Positions 1 to 9,696 of a stretch of 64,000 nt of DNA are shown here, piece after piece. The stretch lies in the NCBI GenBank assembly GCA_963805975.1, contig CAWDVR010000001.1, forward strand, positions 1,056,001-1,120,000, in the 5' to 3' direction. Each line of letters begins with the position of its first letter. The stretch's first letter is position 1. The position numbers were made by a program, and so were the translations under genes. The DNA is from an uncultured Acidobacteriota bacterium. GTDB lineage: Bacteria > Acidobacteriota > Thermoanaerobaculia > Multivoradales > SZUA-115. Below the pieces are notes generated by a model that did not search any database, was not told where the DNA came from, and was given only the letters and a program-made list of their open reading frames with translations.

Positions 1-2808
1 GAATCTCCGCTCGCGGCTCCGGCCCCCGGCCACCTGGCCTACGTCCTCTACACCTCCGGGTCGACGGGCCGGCCCAAGGGGGTGATGGTCGAGCACCGGA
101 GCCTGATGGGGTACCTGCGCTGGGCGGGCGAGAGCCTGCTGGCCGGGGTGGATCACCTGCCGTGGACCACCCGCATCACCTTCGACGCCTCGCTCAAGCA
201 GCTCTTTGGCCCGCTGCTGGCGGGGCGGGCGGTGCGCATCCCGGCCCCCGGCGCCCTCTCCGACCCGGCGGCCCTGGCCGCCGCCCTGGAGGTGCCGCCG
301 GAGCTCGCCGGGCAAGGGGCCTTCAACGCCGTCCCCACCCTGTGGGGGGCTCTGCTGGACGCCATCGAGGCCGGGCAGGTGGCACCGCCTCGGGGGCTGG
401 GGCTCCTGCTGCTGGGCGGCGAGGCCCTGCCCGGCCGCCTGGTGGAGCGCACCCGGAAGGCCCTGCCCGGCCTCGAGATCGTCAACCTCTACGGCCCCAC
501 CGAGCTCACCTCCAACGCCAGCTTCGACCGCGTGGACAGCTCCGGCACCGTCACCCTGGGGCGCTCGGCCGCGGGGGCGCGGCTCCACGTCCTGGGCCCG
601 GGTCTCGAGCCCCTGCCCGACGGCGTGGCCGGCGGTCTCTACGGAGCCGGCACCGGGGTGGCGCGCGGCTACCTGGGGCGCCCGGCGTGGACCGCGGAGC
701 GTTTCCTCCCCGACCCCTTCTCCGGGGAGCCGGGGATTCGCCTCTACGCCACCGGCGACCGGGTGCGCCGCCGGCCCGACGGCCGCCTGGAGTTCCTGGG
801 CCGGCTGGACGAGCAGGTGAAGATCCGCGGTCACCGCGTGGAGCTGGCCGAGGTGGAGTCGGCGCTGGCGGCGTTGCCGGACCTGGCCGAGGTGGCGGTG
901 GCGGCCCGGCGCCTCGGCGGCGATGGAGATGGCCCGCTCTCTTTGGTGGCCTACTGCGTACCCCGTTCCGGGCGACTGCCCGCCGCCGGCGAGCTGCGCT
1001 CGGCCCTCGCGGCAGTCTTGCCCGAGGCCATGGTGCCGGCCCGCTTCGTGGAGCTGCCGGCCCTGCCGCGGCTCCCCAGCGGCAAGGTGGACCGCCGTGC
1101 CCTGCCCGCTCCAGGCGCCGGCGACGGCCTCGACGAGAGCGCCGGCGAGCCACCGCGGACGCCGCTCGAGCGCCTGCTGGCCGACCTCTGGGCCGCGGTG
1201 CTGCGCCGGCCGGTGGGGATCCACGACAACTTCTTCGACCTGGGGGGCGACTCGATCGTCAGCCTCCAGATCATCGTGCGCGCCCGCCAGGCGGGCCTGG
1301 CGCTCGAGCCGCGGCAGATCTTCGAGCAGCCCACGGTGGCGCGGCTCGCGGCCGTGGTGGGCGAGGCGCCGCCGGTGGCGGCCGAGCAGGGGCCGGTCTC
1401 CGGTCCGCTTTCTCTCACTCCCATCCAGCGGCGCTTCTTCGAGCTGGGCTTCGAGGAGGAGCACCACTGGAACCAATCCCTGCTGCTGGCGCTGCGCCGG
1501 CGGCTGGAGCCGGCCCGCCTGGGAGCCGCCCTCGAAGCGGTGGTGGAGCACCACGACGCGCTGCGCACGACCTTCCAGCGCCGCTCGGACGGTCGAGTGG
1601 AGGCCAGGATCGCCGAGCTTCCGGCACGGCTGCCGCTCTCGGTCTGCGACCTCACGGGCCTCCGTGCCGAGGGGGCTCGCGTTGCCCTGCCGGCGGTGGC
1701 GGCCCGGGTCCAGGCCAGTCTGGACCTCGCCCGTGGGCCTCTGACCCGGGCCTGCCTCTTCCGGCTGGCCGAGGGCGATCAGCTCCTGTGGGTGGCCCAC
1801 CACCTGGTGGTGGACGCGGTCTCCTGGCGCTTCCTGGTCGAGGACCTGGAGGCGGCGGTGAAGGCGCTCGAAGCTGGCGAGGCGGCCTCGCTGCCGCCCA
1901 AGACCACCTCGTTCCAATCCTGGAGCGATGCCCTGGAAAAGCACTCCCGCTCCGCGGCAGTGGTCGCCGAAGGAGATTTCTGGCGCCGGCAGGCCGGGCA
2001 TCCGGACGCGGACCTGCCCCTGGATCTGCCCGGCGACGCCGGCACGGTGGGGCAGGCCGCGAGCTTCACGGTGAGCCTGGGAGGGGACGCGAGCCGGGCC
2101 CTGCTGGACCGCCACGCCGGCGGCGAGAGGGGAGCCCCGGCCGGGTCCAGGGTGGAGGAGGCCCTGCTGGCGGCCTTGATGTCGGCGGCCTCCGGCTGGT
2201 GGGGGTCGACCGCCCTGCGGGTGGAGCTCGAAGGGCATGGCCGCGAGCCCATCTCGGGGGAGGTGGACGTCGCCCGCACCGCCGGCTGGTTCACCACCGT
2301 CTTCCCGCTGCTCCTGGAGGGTTCGCCGGGAGAGTCGGTGGCCGAGACGCTGGCGGCCGTGCGCCGCCGGCTGCGCGCGCTGCCGGGGCGGGGGCTGGGC
2401 TACGGGTTGCTGCGCTACCTGGCCGGCGGCGACGACCTGGCCGCCGCTCCCGGCGTGAGCTTCAACTACCTCGGCCGGGTGGACCTGGCGCTGCCCGAGG
2501 GCGAGATTTTCGCGCTGCTGGGGACGGGCACGGGCGGCGACCGCAGCCCGCGGGGGAAGCGCCATCACCCGCTCGAAGTGGTGGCCCTGGTGGCCGGCGG
2601 GCGCCTCCAGGCGACCTGGACCTACAGCCCCGAGCTCCACCTGGCCTCGACCGTGGAGGGCTTGGCGGAGAGCTTCCTGGCGGCGCTGGGCGAGCTGGCG
2701 GCGGTGCCGGCGCGGGAGGACGGGCCGGGCGGCGAGGCACTGAGCGGCGACGCTCTGGGCGAGCTGCTGGCCGAGCTCAACGACGGCTCCCGGCGAGGAG
2801 GGCGCTAA
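1..2808 (+). CDS. NRPS, C-terminal part (A-T-E plus COM-like tail), 5'-truncated by window edge
   Basis: Frame open from base 1: AYVLYTSGSTGRPKG (A3), NLYGPTE (A5), LPRLPSGKVDR (A10), T FFDLGGDSI, E HHLVVDAVSW, EGHGRE, RTAGWFT, FNYLGR. Hand-read code DAKNLGLSNK; Lys at 239 suggests Glu/Asp-like substrate. Confidence 0.95.
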   Translation, partial: ESPLAAPAPGHLAYVLYTSGSTGRPKGVMVEHRSLMGYLRWAGESLLAGVDHLPWTTRITFDASLKQLFGPLLAGRAVRIPAPGALSDPAALAAALEVPPELAGQGAFNAVPTLWGALLDAIEAGQVAPPRGLGLLLLGGEALPGRLVERTRKALPGLEIVNLYGPTELTSNASFDRVDSSGTVTLGRSAAGARLHVLGPGLEPLPDGVAGGLYGAGTGVARGYLGRPAWTAERFLPDPFSGEPGIRLYATGDRVRRRPDGRLEFLGRLDEQVKIRGHRVELAEVESALAALPDLAEVAVAARRLGGDGDGPLSLVAYCVPRSGRLPAAGELRSALAAVLPEAMVPARFVELPALPRLPSGKVDRRALPAPGAGDGLDESAGEPPRTPLERLLADLWAAVLRRPVGIHDNFFDLGGDSIVSLQIIVRARQAGLALEPRQIFEQPTVARLAAVVGEAPPVAAEQGPVSGPLSLTPIQRRFFELGFEEEHHWNQSLLLALRRRLEPARLGAALEAVVEHHDALRTTFQRRSDGRVEARIAELPARLPLSVCDLTGLRAEGARVALPAVAARVQASLDLARGPLTRACLFRLAEGDQLLWVAHHLVVDAVSWRFLVEDLEAAVKALEAGEAASLPPKTTSFQSWSDALEKHSRSAAVVAEGDFWRRQAGHPDADLPLDLPGDAGTVGQAASFTVSLGGDASRALLDRHAGGERGAPAGSRVEEALLAALMSAASGWWGSTALRVELEGHGREPISGEVDVARTAGWFTTVFPLLLEGSPGESVAETLAAVRRRLRALPGRGLGYGLLRYLAGGDDLAAAPGVSFNYLGRVDLALPEGEIFALLGTGTGGDRSPRGKRHHPLEVVALVAGGRLQATWTYSPELHLASTVEGLAESFLAALGELAAVPAREDGPGGEALSGDALGELLAELNDGSRRGGR

Positions 2809-2810
2809 CC

Positions 2811-5800
2811 GTGCTGCAAGAGAGCGACGTCGAGGCCCTGCACCCCCTGTCCCCCCAGCAGCAGGGGATGCTCTTCGAGTGGCTGCGGGCGCCGGAGTCC
2901 GGGGTCCACGTCGAGCAGTCCCTGTTCACGCTGGACGATGGAAGCGGCCAGGGAGGTCTGGACCTCGCCGCTTTCCAGGAGGCCTGGGGGCGGCTGGCCG
3001 AGCGTCACGCCATCCTGCGCACCGCGTTCGTCTGGGAGAACCGCCGGGAGCCGCTGCAGGTGGTGCTCCGCCGGGCGGAGATCCCCATCGCGGTCGAGGA
3101 CTGGCGGGAACGGCCGGTGGAGGCAGCGCTCGCAGCTTTTCTCGAGGCCGATGCCCGCCAGGGCCTGCCGCTGCACCGGGCGCCGCTCATGCGCCTGGCC
3201 CTGTTCCGCTGTGGCAGCGGCCGGAGCCTCCTGGTGTGGACCTCCCACCACATCCTCCTCGACGGCTGGAGCCGCAGCCGGATCTTCGGCGAGCTGCTGC
3301 CGCTCTACGGTGCCCTGGCCCGGGGAGAGGCGCCGCCGGTGCTGCCTCCGGTGCGCCCCTACGGCGACTACGTCTCGTGGCTGGGAGAGCAGGACACGGC
3401 CGCGGCGGCCGGCTTCTGGCGCCGCCAGCTCGCCGGCCTCGCCGGCCCCAGCGGACTGCCACTGGAGGAGGGCCGCGCGGCTTCGGTCGCGGGAGAGCGG
3501 TACGGGTCCCTGAAGCTGGGTCTCGGTGCCGAGGCGACACGGGGCCTGGAGGAGCTCGCCCGGCGGCGGCGGGTGACGCTGAGCACGGTGGTCCAGGGGG
3601 CCCTGGGCCTGCTCCTCGCCCGCTACGGCGGCCGTGAGGACGTCCTCCTCGGCATCACGGTCTCCGGCCGCCCCGGCGGCCTGCAAGGCGTGGAGGAGAT
3701 GGTGGGGCCCTTCCTCAACACCTTGCCGCTGCGGCTGGCGGTGCCCGAGGGTGGTGCCTTCGACGCCTGGCTCGGTCGAGTCCAGGCCGCCGCCCTGGCG
3801 CTGGCCTCGTACCAGCACTGCTCCGAGGGCCAGGTCCACGCCTGGAGCGGCCTGCCGCCGTCGGCGCCTTTGTACGAGGCGGTGCTGGTGTTCGAGAACT
3901 ACCCCCTGCTGGAGGACGGCTCGGCAGTAGGGGAGCTGGGCTTCCGCATCTCCGGCCTGGAGCAGCGGGGGGCCCGCACCAAGTACCTGCTCACTTTCCT
4001 GGTGTTCGCGGAGCAGGAGCTCTCCTTCGAGCTGGTCTACGACGGCCGGCGCCTGGGGCCCGAAGGCGCCCGGCGGGTCGCCGATCAGCTCGCCGGCCTC
4101 CTGCGCACCGTGGCCCAGGGGCCCGGCACCGATCTCGGGGCGCTGCGCGCGGCGATCGCCGACGAGGAGCTGCCGCGCTGCCGGCCGGCGACGGCCGGTG
4201 AGGTGGACTCGACGCCGCCCCGCACCGCCGTCGAGCGGCTGCTGGCGCCGGTCTGGGCTCGGGTCCTGGGTGTCGAGGGGCTGGGAGTCCACGCCAGCTT
4301 CCTCGAGCTCGGCGGGCACTCGCTCCTGGCGCTGGAGCTGGCGGGCGAGAGCCGCCGCGCCCTGGGCTGCGAGGTGCCTCTGCGCCTGCTCTTCACCGAT
4401 CCCAGCGTCGCCGGCGTGGCGGCGGCCGTGCTGGAGGCCGAGGCAGGCCAGGCCCCGGAGACGGTGGCGCGGATCATGGGGCCGGGAGAGCCGACAGCTC
4501 CACTGACCGGGCTGGCCCCCGAGACCCAGGACCGGCTGTGGGAGGCGCTGGTCGCCGCCCGCTCCGGGCAGGCCGAGCCGCCGCCGGCCCCGCCGCACAT
4601 CGAGCCCCGCCCGGGCGAGCGCCACGAGCCCTTCCCCCTGACCGGCATCCAGACGCTCTACTGGCAGGCCCGGGGCGGGCTGGCGCCGACCGACACCCAC
4701 GGCAACAACCTGGTGGTGGAGTTCGAGATCCCGGGTGCCGGCGAGGGGTTGGTGGCGGCGCTGGAAGCGGCGCTGGGGCACCTGGTCGAGCGCCACGCCA
4801 TGCTGCGCGCGGTCTTCTCTCCCGACGGCACGCAGCGGGTGCTGCCGGAGGTGCCCCGACCCTCGATTCGGCGCCTCGATCTGCGGTCGCTTGCCGCGGG
4901 GGAAGCGGAGGCCCGGGTGGCGGCCCTGCGCTTCGAGCTGCGCCACCGCCGGGCCGCTCCCGACCGCTGGCCCCTCTTCGAGGTGATCGCCCACCTGCTG
5001 CCCGGGGAGCGCCTGCGCCTCCAGTTGCGCATGGAGGCCCTGCTGCTGGACGGCGACAGCCGGGAGCGCCTGTTCCAGGAGCTCCTGGCCCTGGTCCGCC
5101 GTCCCGACCTCGCCCTGCCTCCCCTGGGGGTGACCTTCCGGGACTATGCCGTGGGCTGGCGCCGGCTCGCCGCCCAGCACGGAGACTTCCGCCGCTCCCG
5201 CCAATACTGGCTCGGCCGGCTGCCGCACCTTCCGGCCCCCGCGACGCTGCCCACCCGCGGCGGCGGCCCGCCTTGGCCCCGGCGCTTCGCCCTGGAGAAG
5301 GAGACCGCCCGCTTGCTTCCGGCCGGGGAGTGGGCGGCGGTCAAGACACGAGCGGGGGAGCGGGGCCTGACACCCTCGGCGGTGGTGGCCGGCGCCTTCG
5401 CCGCGGTTTTGGGCCATGCGATCTGGGGCCACGCGGCGCGAGACGAACCTGGCGGCGGGCGCAGCTTCACGCTGCCGGTGGTGGGCAACTTCCGCCCTCC
5501 CTTCCACCCCGACCTCGAAGGCGTGGTGGGCAACTTCGACACCCTCTACCCGGTGGCGGTCCGCGACGCCGCGGCACCGCTGGTGGAGATCGCCCGGCAG
5601 CTCCAGGAGGAGCTGATGGCGGCCTTGGAGCACCCTTACTTCTTCGGCCCCGAGGCCCTGCTCCAGCTCGCCCGGCGCCACCCCGGCACCGGGGCCACTC
5701 CGGCGGTGGTCTTCAACAGCCTGGTGGAGTTCAACCACCCCCAGCACCGGCAGCGGCTGCTGGCGGCCAAGGGCGAAGCTCCGTTGGGCGAGCAGATCGA

Positions 5801-6020
5801 CCTCAGCATCAACATCCCGCAGGTGATCTTCAACGGCACGATCGCCGAGACCCTGGACGGCGACCTCATCGCCCTTTGGCAGTGGATGGACGAGGCCCTC
5901 GCCCCTGGAGTGGCGGCGGAGGTGCGGGACGGGTACCGCCGGCTCCTCGTCTGCCTGGCGCGGGCGCCCGAGCCGTGGGACCTGCCGTTCGAGGAGGCAG
6001 TCCTCCCCTCATCGCCCTGA
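2811..6020 (+). CDS. NRPS subunit C(DCL-type)-T-Cy-like, no adenylation domain
   Basis: GTG 2 nt after the upstream stop, GGAGGG SD nearby. HPLSPQQQGMLF and HHILLDGWS (C after E), FLELGGHSL (T), then Cy-type motifs EPFPLTGIQ..YW, WPLFE, EALLLDGDS, TFRDY, PAVVFNS, PQV. Confidence 0.9.
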   Translation: MLQESDVEALHPLSPQQQGMLFEWLRAPESGVHVEQSLFTLDDGSGQGGLDLAAFQEAWGRLAERHAILRTAFVWENRREPLQVVLRRAEIPIAVEDWRERPVEAALAAFLEADARQGLPLHRAPLMRLALFRCGSGRSLLVWTSHHILLDGWSRSRIFGELLPLYGALARGEAPPVLPPVRPYGDYVSWLGEQDTAAAAGFWRRQLAGLAGPSGLPLEEGRAASVAGERYGSLKLGLGAEATRGLEELARRRRVTLSTVVQGALGLLLARYGGREDVLLGITVSGRPGGLQGVEEMVGPFLNTLPLRLAVPEGGAFDAWLGRVQAAALALASYQHCSEGQVHAWSGLPPSAPLYEAVLVFENYPLLEDGSAVGELGFRISGLEQRGARTKYLLTFLVFAEQELSFELVYDGRRLGPEGARRVADQLAGLLRTVAQGPGTDLGALRAAIADEELPRCRPATAGEVDSTPPRTAVERLLAPVWARVLGVEGLGVHASFLELGGHSLLALELAGESRRALGCEVPLRLLFTDPSVAGVAAAVLEAEAGQAPETVARIMGPGEPTAPLTGLAPETQDRLWEALVAARSGQAEPPPAPPHIEPRPGERHEPFPLTGIQTLYWQARGGLAPTDTHGNNLVVEFEIPGAGEGLVAALEAALGHLVERHAMLRAVFSPDGTQRVLPEVPRPSIRRLDLRSLAAGEAEARVAALRFELRHRRAAPDRWPLFEVIAHLLPGERLRLQLRMEALLLDGDSRERLFQELLALVRRPDLALPPLGVTFRDYAVGWRRLAAQHGDFRRSRQYWLGRLPHLPAPATLPTRGGGPPWPRRFALEKETARLLPAGEWAAVKTRAGERGLTPSAVVAGAFAAVLGHAIWGHAARDEPGGGRSFTLPVVGNFRPPFHPDLEGVVGNFDTLYPVAVRDAAAPLVEIARQLQEELMAALEHPYFFGPEALLQLARRHPGTGATPAVVFNSLVEFNHPQHRQRLLAAKGEAPLGEQIDLSINIPQVIFNGTIAETLDGDLIALWQWMDEALAPGVAAEVRDGYRRLLVCLARAPEPWDLPFEEAVLPSSP

Positions 6021-6037
6021 CCGCGAAGGAGCTTGCC

Positions 6038-7741
6038 ATCGCCCCCCTCCTCCACCTCTTGCGCTTCCTGCTCCGCTTCACGCGCCACGTGCACTTCTCC
6101 CGGCTGGGAGTGGGGCTGGTGCTGGCCGCCGGCCTGGTGGCCGGCGCCGCCAACATCCTGCTGCTGGCGATCATCAACTCCGCCCTGGGCTCCCTGGGCT
6201 CGCCCAGCCGCTTCCTGGTCACGGCCTTCGCCGCGTTGTGCGTGCTGATGCCGGTCACCTGGTTCGCCTCCCAGTACCTGATCTTCGCCCTCAACCAGCA
6301 GGTGCTCTCGGACCTGCGCATGCACCTCGCGAAACGCATCCTGGCCACCCCGCTGCGCCGGCTGGAGGAGGTGGGGCCGGGGCGGCTGCTGGCCACTCTC
6401 ACCGAGGACGTGGGGGCGATCTCCCAGGCCCTCCTGGACATTCCGCTGCTGTGCCTGAACGGCGCCATCGTGCTGGGTTGCCTGGCCTACTTCGCCTACC
6501 TCTCCTGGCCGGTGCTGCTGGGCTTCGTGGTGGTGATGGCCCTGGGGCTCGCCAGCTACCAGCTTCCGCTCGCCCGGGCCACCAGGCACTTCTCCGAGGG
6601 CCGTCGCCACTTCGACCAGATGGTGGGGCACCTGCGGTCGCTGACCGATGGCACCAAGGAGCTCAAGGTCCACCGGCCCCGGCGGCAGGCCTTCGTCTCA
6701 GAGCACCTGGAGGCCAGCGTCCAGGGCTACCGCCGCGCCAGCGTGCGGGGCGGCAAGATCTTCGCCGCCGCCACCGGCTGGGGGAGGGGAGTCTTCTTCG
6801 TGGTGATCGGCCTGGTGCTCTTCGTCCTGCCCCAGCAGACCACTCTCGACCGCACGGCGATCACCGGCTACGTCCTGGGGCTCCTCTACCTGATGAACCC
6901 CATCGACATCGTGCTGCGGGTGATGCCGGAGCTCAGCCGGGCCGCGGTCGCCATCCGGCAAGTGGAAAACCTGGGGCTCTCCTTGGCCGAGGAGGAGCCG
7001 GCGGGACCCGAGCCGGCGCCGGAGCGGCCGGGTGCGGCCTCAGTCGGCGAGTGGCGCCGCCTGGAGCTGGACGGAGTGCACTACTCCTACCCCGGGGAGG
7101 AAGGTCACACCTTCGCGCTGGGGCCCCTGGACCTCGTGCTCACCCCCGGGGAGCTGGTCTTCGTGGCCGGCGGCAATGGCAGCGGCAAGACCACTCTGGC
7201 CAAGCTCTTGACCGGCCTCTATGAGCCGGATGCGGGAGAGGTCCGCCTCGACGGAACCGCCGTCACCGCCGCCAACCGGGAGGCCTTCCGGCAGCATTTC
7301 TCGGTGGTCTTCTCCGACTTCCACCTCTTCCCGAGCCTGCCGGGGCTCTGGGCGCCGGACCTGGAAAAGGCGGCGGGGGAGTACCTGGCCACGCTGCAGC
7401 TCGCTCACAAGGTCCAGGTCAAGGACGGCGCGCTGACCACGGTGGATCTCTCTCAAGGGCAGCGCAAGCGGCTGGCACTGCTCACCGCCTACCTAGAAGA
7501 TCGGCCCATCTACCTGTTCGACGAGTGGGCCGCCGACCAGGACCCCTACTTCAAGGAGGTCTTCTACCGGCAGCTCCTGCCGGGTCTCAAGAAGCGGGGC
7601 AAGACGGTGGTGGTGATCAGCCACGACGACCGCTACTACGACCAGGCCGACCGCCTGGTCAAGCTGGAGAACGGGCGCTTCGTGGAGCCCCAGGCGCCGG
7701 CGGCATCCGCCAGCGCCTCGACCTCCCGCACCAGCGCGTAG
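6038..7741 (+). CDS. Cyclic peptide export ABC transporter (PvdE/SyrD/YojI family); start uncertain (CTG 6017, ATC 6038 or TTG 6059)
   Basis: N-terminal TM helices, GTKELK, Walker A GGNGSGKTT, LSQGQRKRLAL, family signature FDEWAADQDP, ISHDD. Confidence 0.93.
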   Translation: MAPLLHLLRFLLRFTRHVHFSRLGVGLVLAAGLVAGAANILLLAIINSALGSLGSPSRFLVTAFAALCVLMPVTWFASQYLIFALNQQVLSDLRMHLAKRILATPLRRLEEVGPGRLLATLTEDVGAISQALLDIPLLCLNGAIVLGCLAYFAYLSWPVLLGFVVVMALGLASYQLPLARATRHFSEGRRHFDQMVGHLRSLTDGTKELKVHRPRRQAFVSEHLEASVQGYRRASVRGGKIFAAATGWGRGVFFVVIGLVLFVLPQQTTLDRTAITGYVLGLLYLMNPIDIVLRVMPELSRAAVAIRQVENLGLSLAEEEPAGPEPAPERPGAASVGEWRRLELDGVHYSYPGEEGHTFALGPLDLVLTPGELVFVAGGNGSGKTTLAKLLTGLYEPDAGEVRLDGTAVTAANREAFRQHFSVVFSDFHLFPSLPGLWAPDLEKAAGEYLATLQLAHKVQVKDGALTTVDLSQGQRKRLALLTAYLEDRPIYLFDEWAADQDPYFKEVFYRQLLPGLKKRGKTVVVISHDDRYYDQADRLVKLENGRFVEPQAPAASASASTSRTSA

Positions 7742-8754
7742 GGGTCCCAGGCGTCGTGAGAGACGCTCTCGAGCGGCAGCTCGGTGCCCAGGCCGAGGTG
7801 GTGGGCGTGCGCGAGGAGCACCTCCATCGCCACCTGGTCCTCGAGGGCGAAGCCGGTGGAGTCGAAGATCGTGGTCTCGCCGCGCAGATGGGCGAAGCGC
7901 TCCGGCGTCTTGACCAGCTCGTCCAGGCTCGCCCCCACCTCCTCGGGCGCCAACTGCTGGCACTCCCCCTCGCGCAGGGCCTGCTCGCGGAAGTCAGCGC
8001 ACACCCAGGCCCGGCGGACCAGCCCGGCCGGCAGCTCGGTCTTGCCGGGGAAGTCGGAGCCCACGGCGTTGATATGCACCCAGGGGCGGAGCGCGTCGCC
8101 GTCGAGGACCGCCCCCTCGCCCGGGGCCACCGAGGTGGCGGTGCACAGCAGGTCGGCGGCGGCCTCCACCTCGCGGCGGGGAGCGGGCCGCACCGGCACG
8201 CCGAACGCGGCGGTGCGCTGGGCGAAGGAGCGCTCCACCCGCGGATCGGCGTCGTGGATCAGCACCTCTCGCAGGTCGAAGCAGCGGCTCAGGGCGTGGA
8301 GCTGGGTCACCGCCTGCATACCGCAGCCCACCAGGCCCAGGACGCGGCTGTCGGGGCGAGCCAGCAGGCGGCTCGCCACCGCCGACGCGGCGCCGGTGCG
8401 CACCGCCGTGGCCAGGCCCCCGTCGGCCACCGCCAGCAGGTGGCCGTTGGCCACGTCGTAGAGGGAGAGGGTCGCCAGCACCGTGGGGATCCCCTGGCCG
8501 GGGTTGTGGGGGTGGTAGGCCACGGTCTTGATGAGCACGTTACGCCCCACGGTGAGGAGCGGCATCCACTCCACCAGGCCGGGCCGGGGAGAGTCGTAGT
8601 CGAAGCCGTCCCGCACCGGGATGCGAGTCGTGGCCGGATCGAAGGCGCGCAGGCTGGCCTCGAGCCCGGCGATCACCTCGTCCATCAGCGAGTCGAGGCC
8701 CACCGTGGCGGCCAGGCGGGCGACGTCGTCGCGGCCGAGGAAGAGGGTCTTCAA
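7636..8754 (-). CDS. Ornithine/lysine cyclodeaminase (mu-crystallin) family protein, possible pipecolate/proline synthase
   Basis: TTG start after GAGGAGG, overlapping the upstream TGA. VEWMP, K..YHPHNP, TAVRTGAASA, GxG Rossmann GCGMQA, HINAVGSDFPGKTEL, FDSTGFALEDQ. Confidence 0.9.
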   Translation of the reverse strand: MKTLFLGRDDVARLAATVGLDSLMDEVIAGLEASLRAFDPATTRIPVRDGFDYDSPRPGLVEWMPLLTVGRNVLIKTVAYHPHNPGQGIPTVLATLSLYDVANGHLLAVADGGLATAVRTGAASAVASRLLARPDSRVLGLVGCGMQAVTQLHALSRCFDLREVLIHDADPRVERSFAQRTAAFGVPVRPAPRREVEAAADLLCTATSVAPGEGAVLDGDALRPWVHINAVGSDFPGKTELPAGLVRRAWVCADFREQALREGECQQLAPEEVGASLDELVKTPERFAHLRGETTIFDSTGFALEDQVAMEVLLAHAHHLGLGTELPLESVSHDAWDPYALVREVEALADAAGAWGSTKRPFSSLTRRSAWS

Positions 8755-9626
8755 ACCGCCACCTCCTCGGACCTCCGGGTGGGGAACTCGAAGCGCTCGC
8801 CCAGCGCACGCTCCTCGATGCAGAAGCGCTTGAAGGCGACCGCCTTCTCCGCGAGCCGGGGGTCCTCCGCACGGCGGGCCAGCTCCACCAGCCAGTCGAA
8901 GACGTCGGCCGCGTGCGCCTGGCGGTAGAAATGGATCTTGCCCAGGAGGCCGACCAGGTCGCGGAAATTCTCCTGGGTCAGGAGCTTGCCCAGGGCGAAG
9001 AGGATCTGCCGGTCCTCCTGGGTCAGGGGCTCGCGCTCGACGAGGTGCGGCGAGAGCTCCCCGGAGTTCCGGTACGGGGGCCGGACCCACTCTTCGAGCG
9101 GGCGCCCGTCGTCCGAGAAATCGAGGCACAGGGAGATACGCCGGAAGTCGAAGAGGCTGCACGCCGAGTGGACCGTCCGGGCGTCGAGGAACCAGACCTC
9201 CCCCTCCCGCATGTGGAAGACCAGATCCTCCTCGGAGTGCAGGCAGCTCGGGTCCGTGGCCAGAGGCACGTTGAGGCGCACGAACGGCTCCTCGAACTCG
9301 ACGAAGTCCCGGTGCGAGATCAGCAGGCCGTTGTGGACCAGGAAGATGCGCTCCCATTTCAGGCGATCGGTATCGAAGGTCTCTGCGATGGCCTGGCCCA
9401 GGTAGGGCAGCTCGCGCCCGAGGGCAGTTTTCTGCGGCCGTCCCTCGTAGCCCCGGAACGAGGTGTCTGCCGCGTCGCCGCCGGCGTTGGCCAGCACGTA
9501 GGAGCGCCAGGTTCCGAAGGTGTATTCGGAGTACTGATCTTTGACCTGGAAATCGAGGATCCTGGCCAGCTCGGGGGCGAGCCGAGACGAGTCGAGCCGG
9601 AGCCTGCCGAGAATTTGTGACTTCAT
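8751..9626 (-). CDS. Fe(II)/2-oxoglutarate L-proline/L-pipecolate cis-hydroxylase family protein
   Basis: MKSQILG..LD..RLAPEL N-terminus, HRDF (HxD), FHMREGEVWFLDARTVHSA, R.SLCLDF, ENFRDLV.LL.K.H: hallmarks of Streptomyces cis-3-proline hydroxylase and rhizobial cis-P4H. Confidence 0.92.
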   Translation of the reverse strand: MKSQILGRLRLDSSRLAPELARILDFQVKDQYSEYTFGTWRSYVLANAGGDAADTSFRGYEGRPQKTALGRELPYLGQAIAETFDTDRLKWERIFLVHNGLLISHRDFVEFEEPFVRLNVPLATDPSCLHSEEDLVFHMREGEVWFLDARTVHSACSLFDFRRISLCLDFSDDGRPLEEWVRPPYRNSGELSPHLVEREPLTQEDRQILFALGKLLTQENFRDLVGLLGKIHFYRQAHAADVFDWLVELARRAEDPRLAEKAVAFKRFCIEERALGERFEFPTRRSEEVAV

Positions 9627-9696
9627 GGCTGCGACTTCATGGCATTGCAGGGAAAACCAGTGGAAGATGCCGGTTGAGAGGGGCCAGCATGGAGGG

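Noticed and set aside
162-2810. N-terminal extension of the 1952-aa ORF
   Set aside because: Arg/Gly/Pro-rich off-frame translation of the upstream NRPS; the real start is GTG 2811.
4538-6016. Apparent long N-terminal extension of the ABC exporter
   Set aside because: Off-frame overlap with the Cy-like domain; stop-poor GC-rich sequence.
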